In this document: piece after piece, positions 40,341-40,517 of the stretch
Numbering within the stretch: the stretch's first letter is position 1
Layout: the number at the start of each line of letters is the position of its first letter
Source: Candidatus Latescibacterota bacterium
Lineage (GTDB): Bacteria; Latescibacterota; UBA2968
Length of the DNA stretch: 40,517 nt
Direction of reading: 5' to 3'
Assembly: GCA_038279365.1 (NCBI GenBank)
Contig: JAYODI010000055.1
Location: 1-40,517 of the forward strand
Notes under the pieces: generated by a model
The model's input: the letters and a program-made list of their open reading frames with translations, nothing else
What the model was told of the DNA's origin: nothing
Databases searched by the model: none
Made by a program: the position numbers and the translations under genes

Positions 40341-40517
40341 ATCCACCTCCAAGATCGGTGTCTGACAAAACCCTCACAAACCATAATAAGACCCACCATT
40401 CATCATTTAAGATTCCGTTTCCCACTCACATTTCATACCCCATAAACACATTGCCACAATTTACTGTAATGCCCCCCATATTTCAAGACAAAAAAGTAAG
40501 GGAGTTTTGATAGCGTA

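Overview
This is a 40.5 kb bacterial chromosomal window of housekeeping, carbohydrate-catabolic and envelope genes, mostly on the minus strand. It holds kdgK-eda-ROK kinase, a YugP-like peptidase, fmt, yajC, tgt, a divergent polysaccharide deacetylase, an M50 protease, a PorV/PorQ-like barrel, tdh, a BNR-like protein, cysK, a heparinase II/III-like lyase, two Gfo/Idh/MocA oxidoreductases, pdxA, an esterase, slyD, a diheme cytochrome c, an M14 peptidase, a K+ channel, recJ, two receiver proteins, a UDP-sugar epimerase, a sialate O-acetylesterase, an orphan fliG and a PspA/DUF4178/DUF350/spermidine-synthase cluster split into two convergent halves. Gene content loosely suggests an FCB-group organism such as Latescibacterota (inference only). 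No rRNA, tRNA, CRISPR array or transposase/integrase was seen. The most interesting signals are intergenic: (1) a ~345 nt promoter-to-terminator unit at 17.8-18.2 kb with extensive pairing and SD-preceded micro-ORFs; (2) a SAM-II-type riboswitch with an intrinsic terminator upstream of threonine dehydrogenase; (3) a tgt gene whose conserved N-terminus has no canonical start codon; (4) eight 7-bp repeat arrays that each begin just after a stop codon; (5) several unexplained structured elements. All family assignments are from motif recognition by eye; no searches were run.
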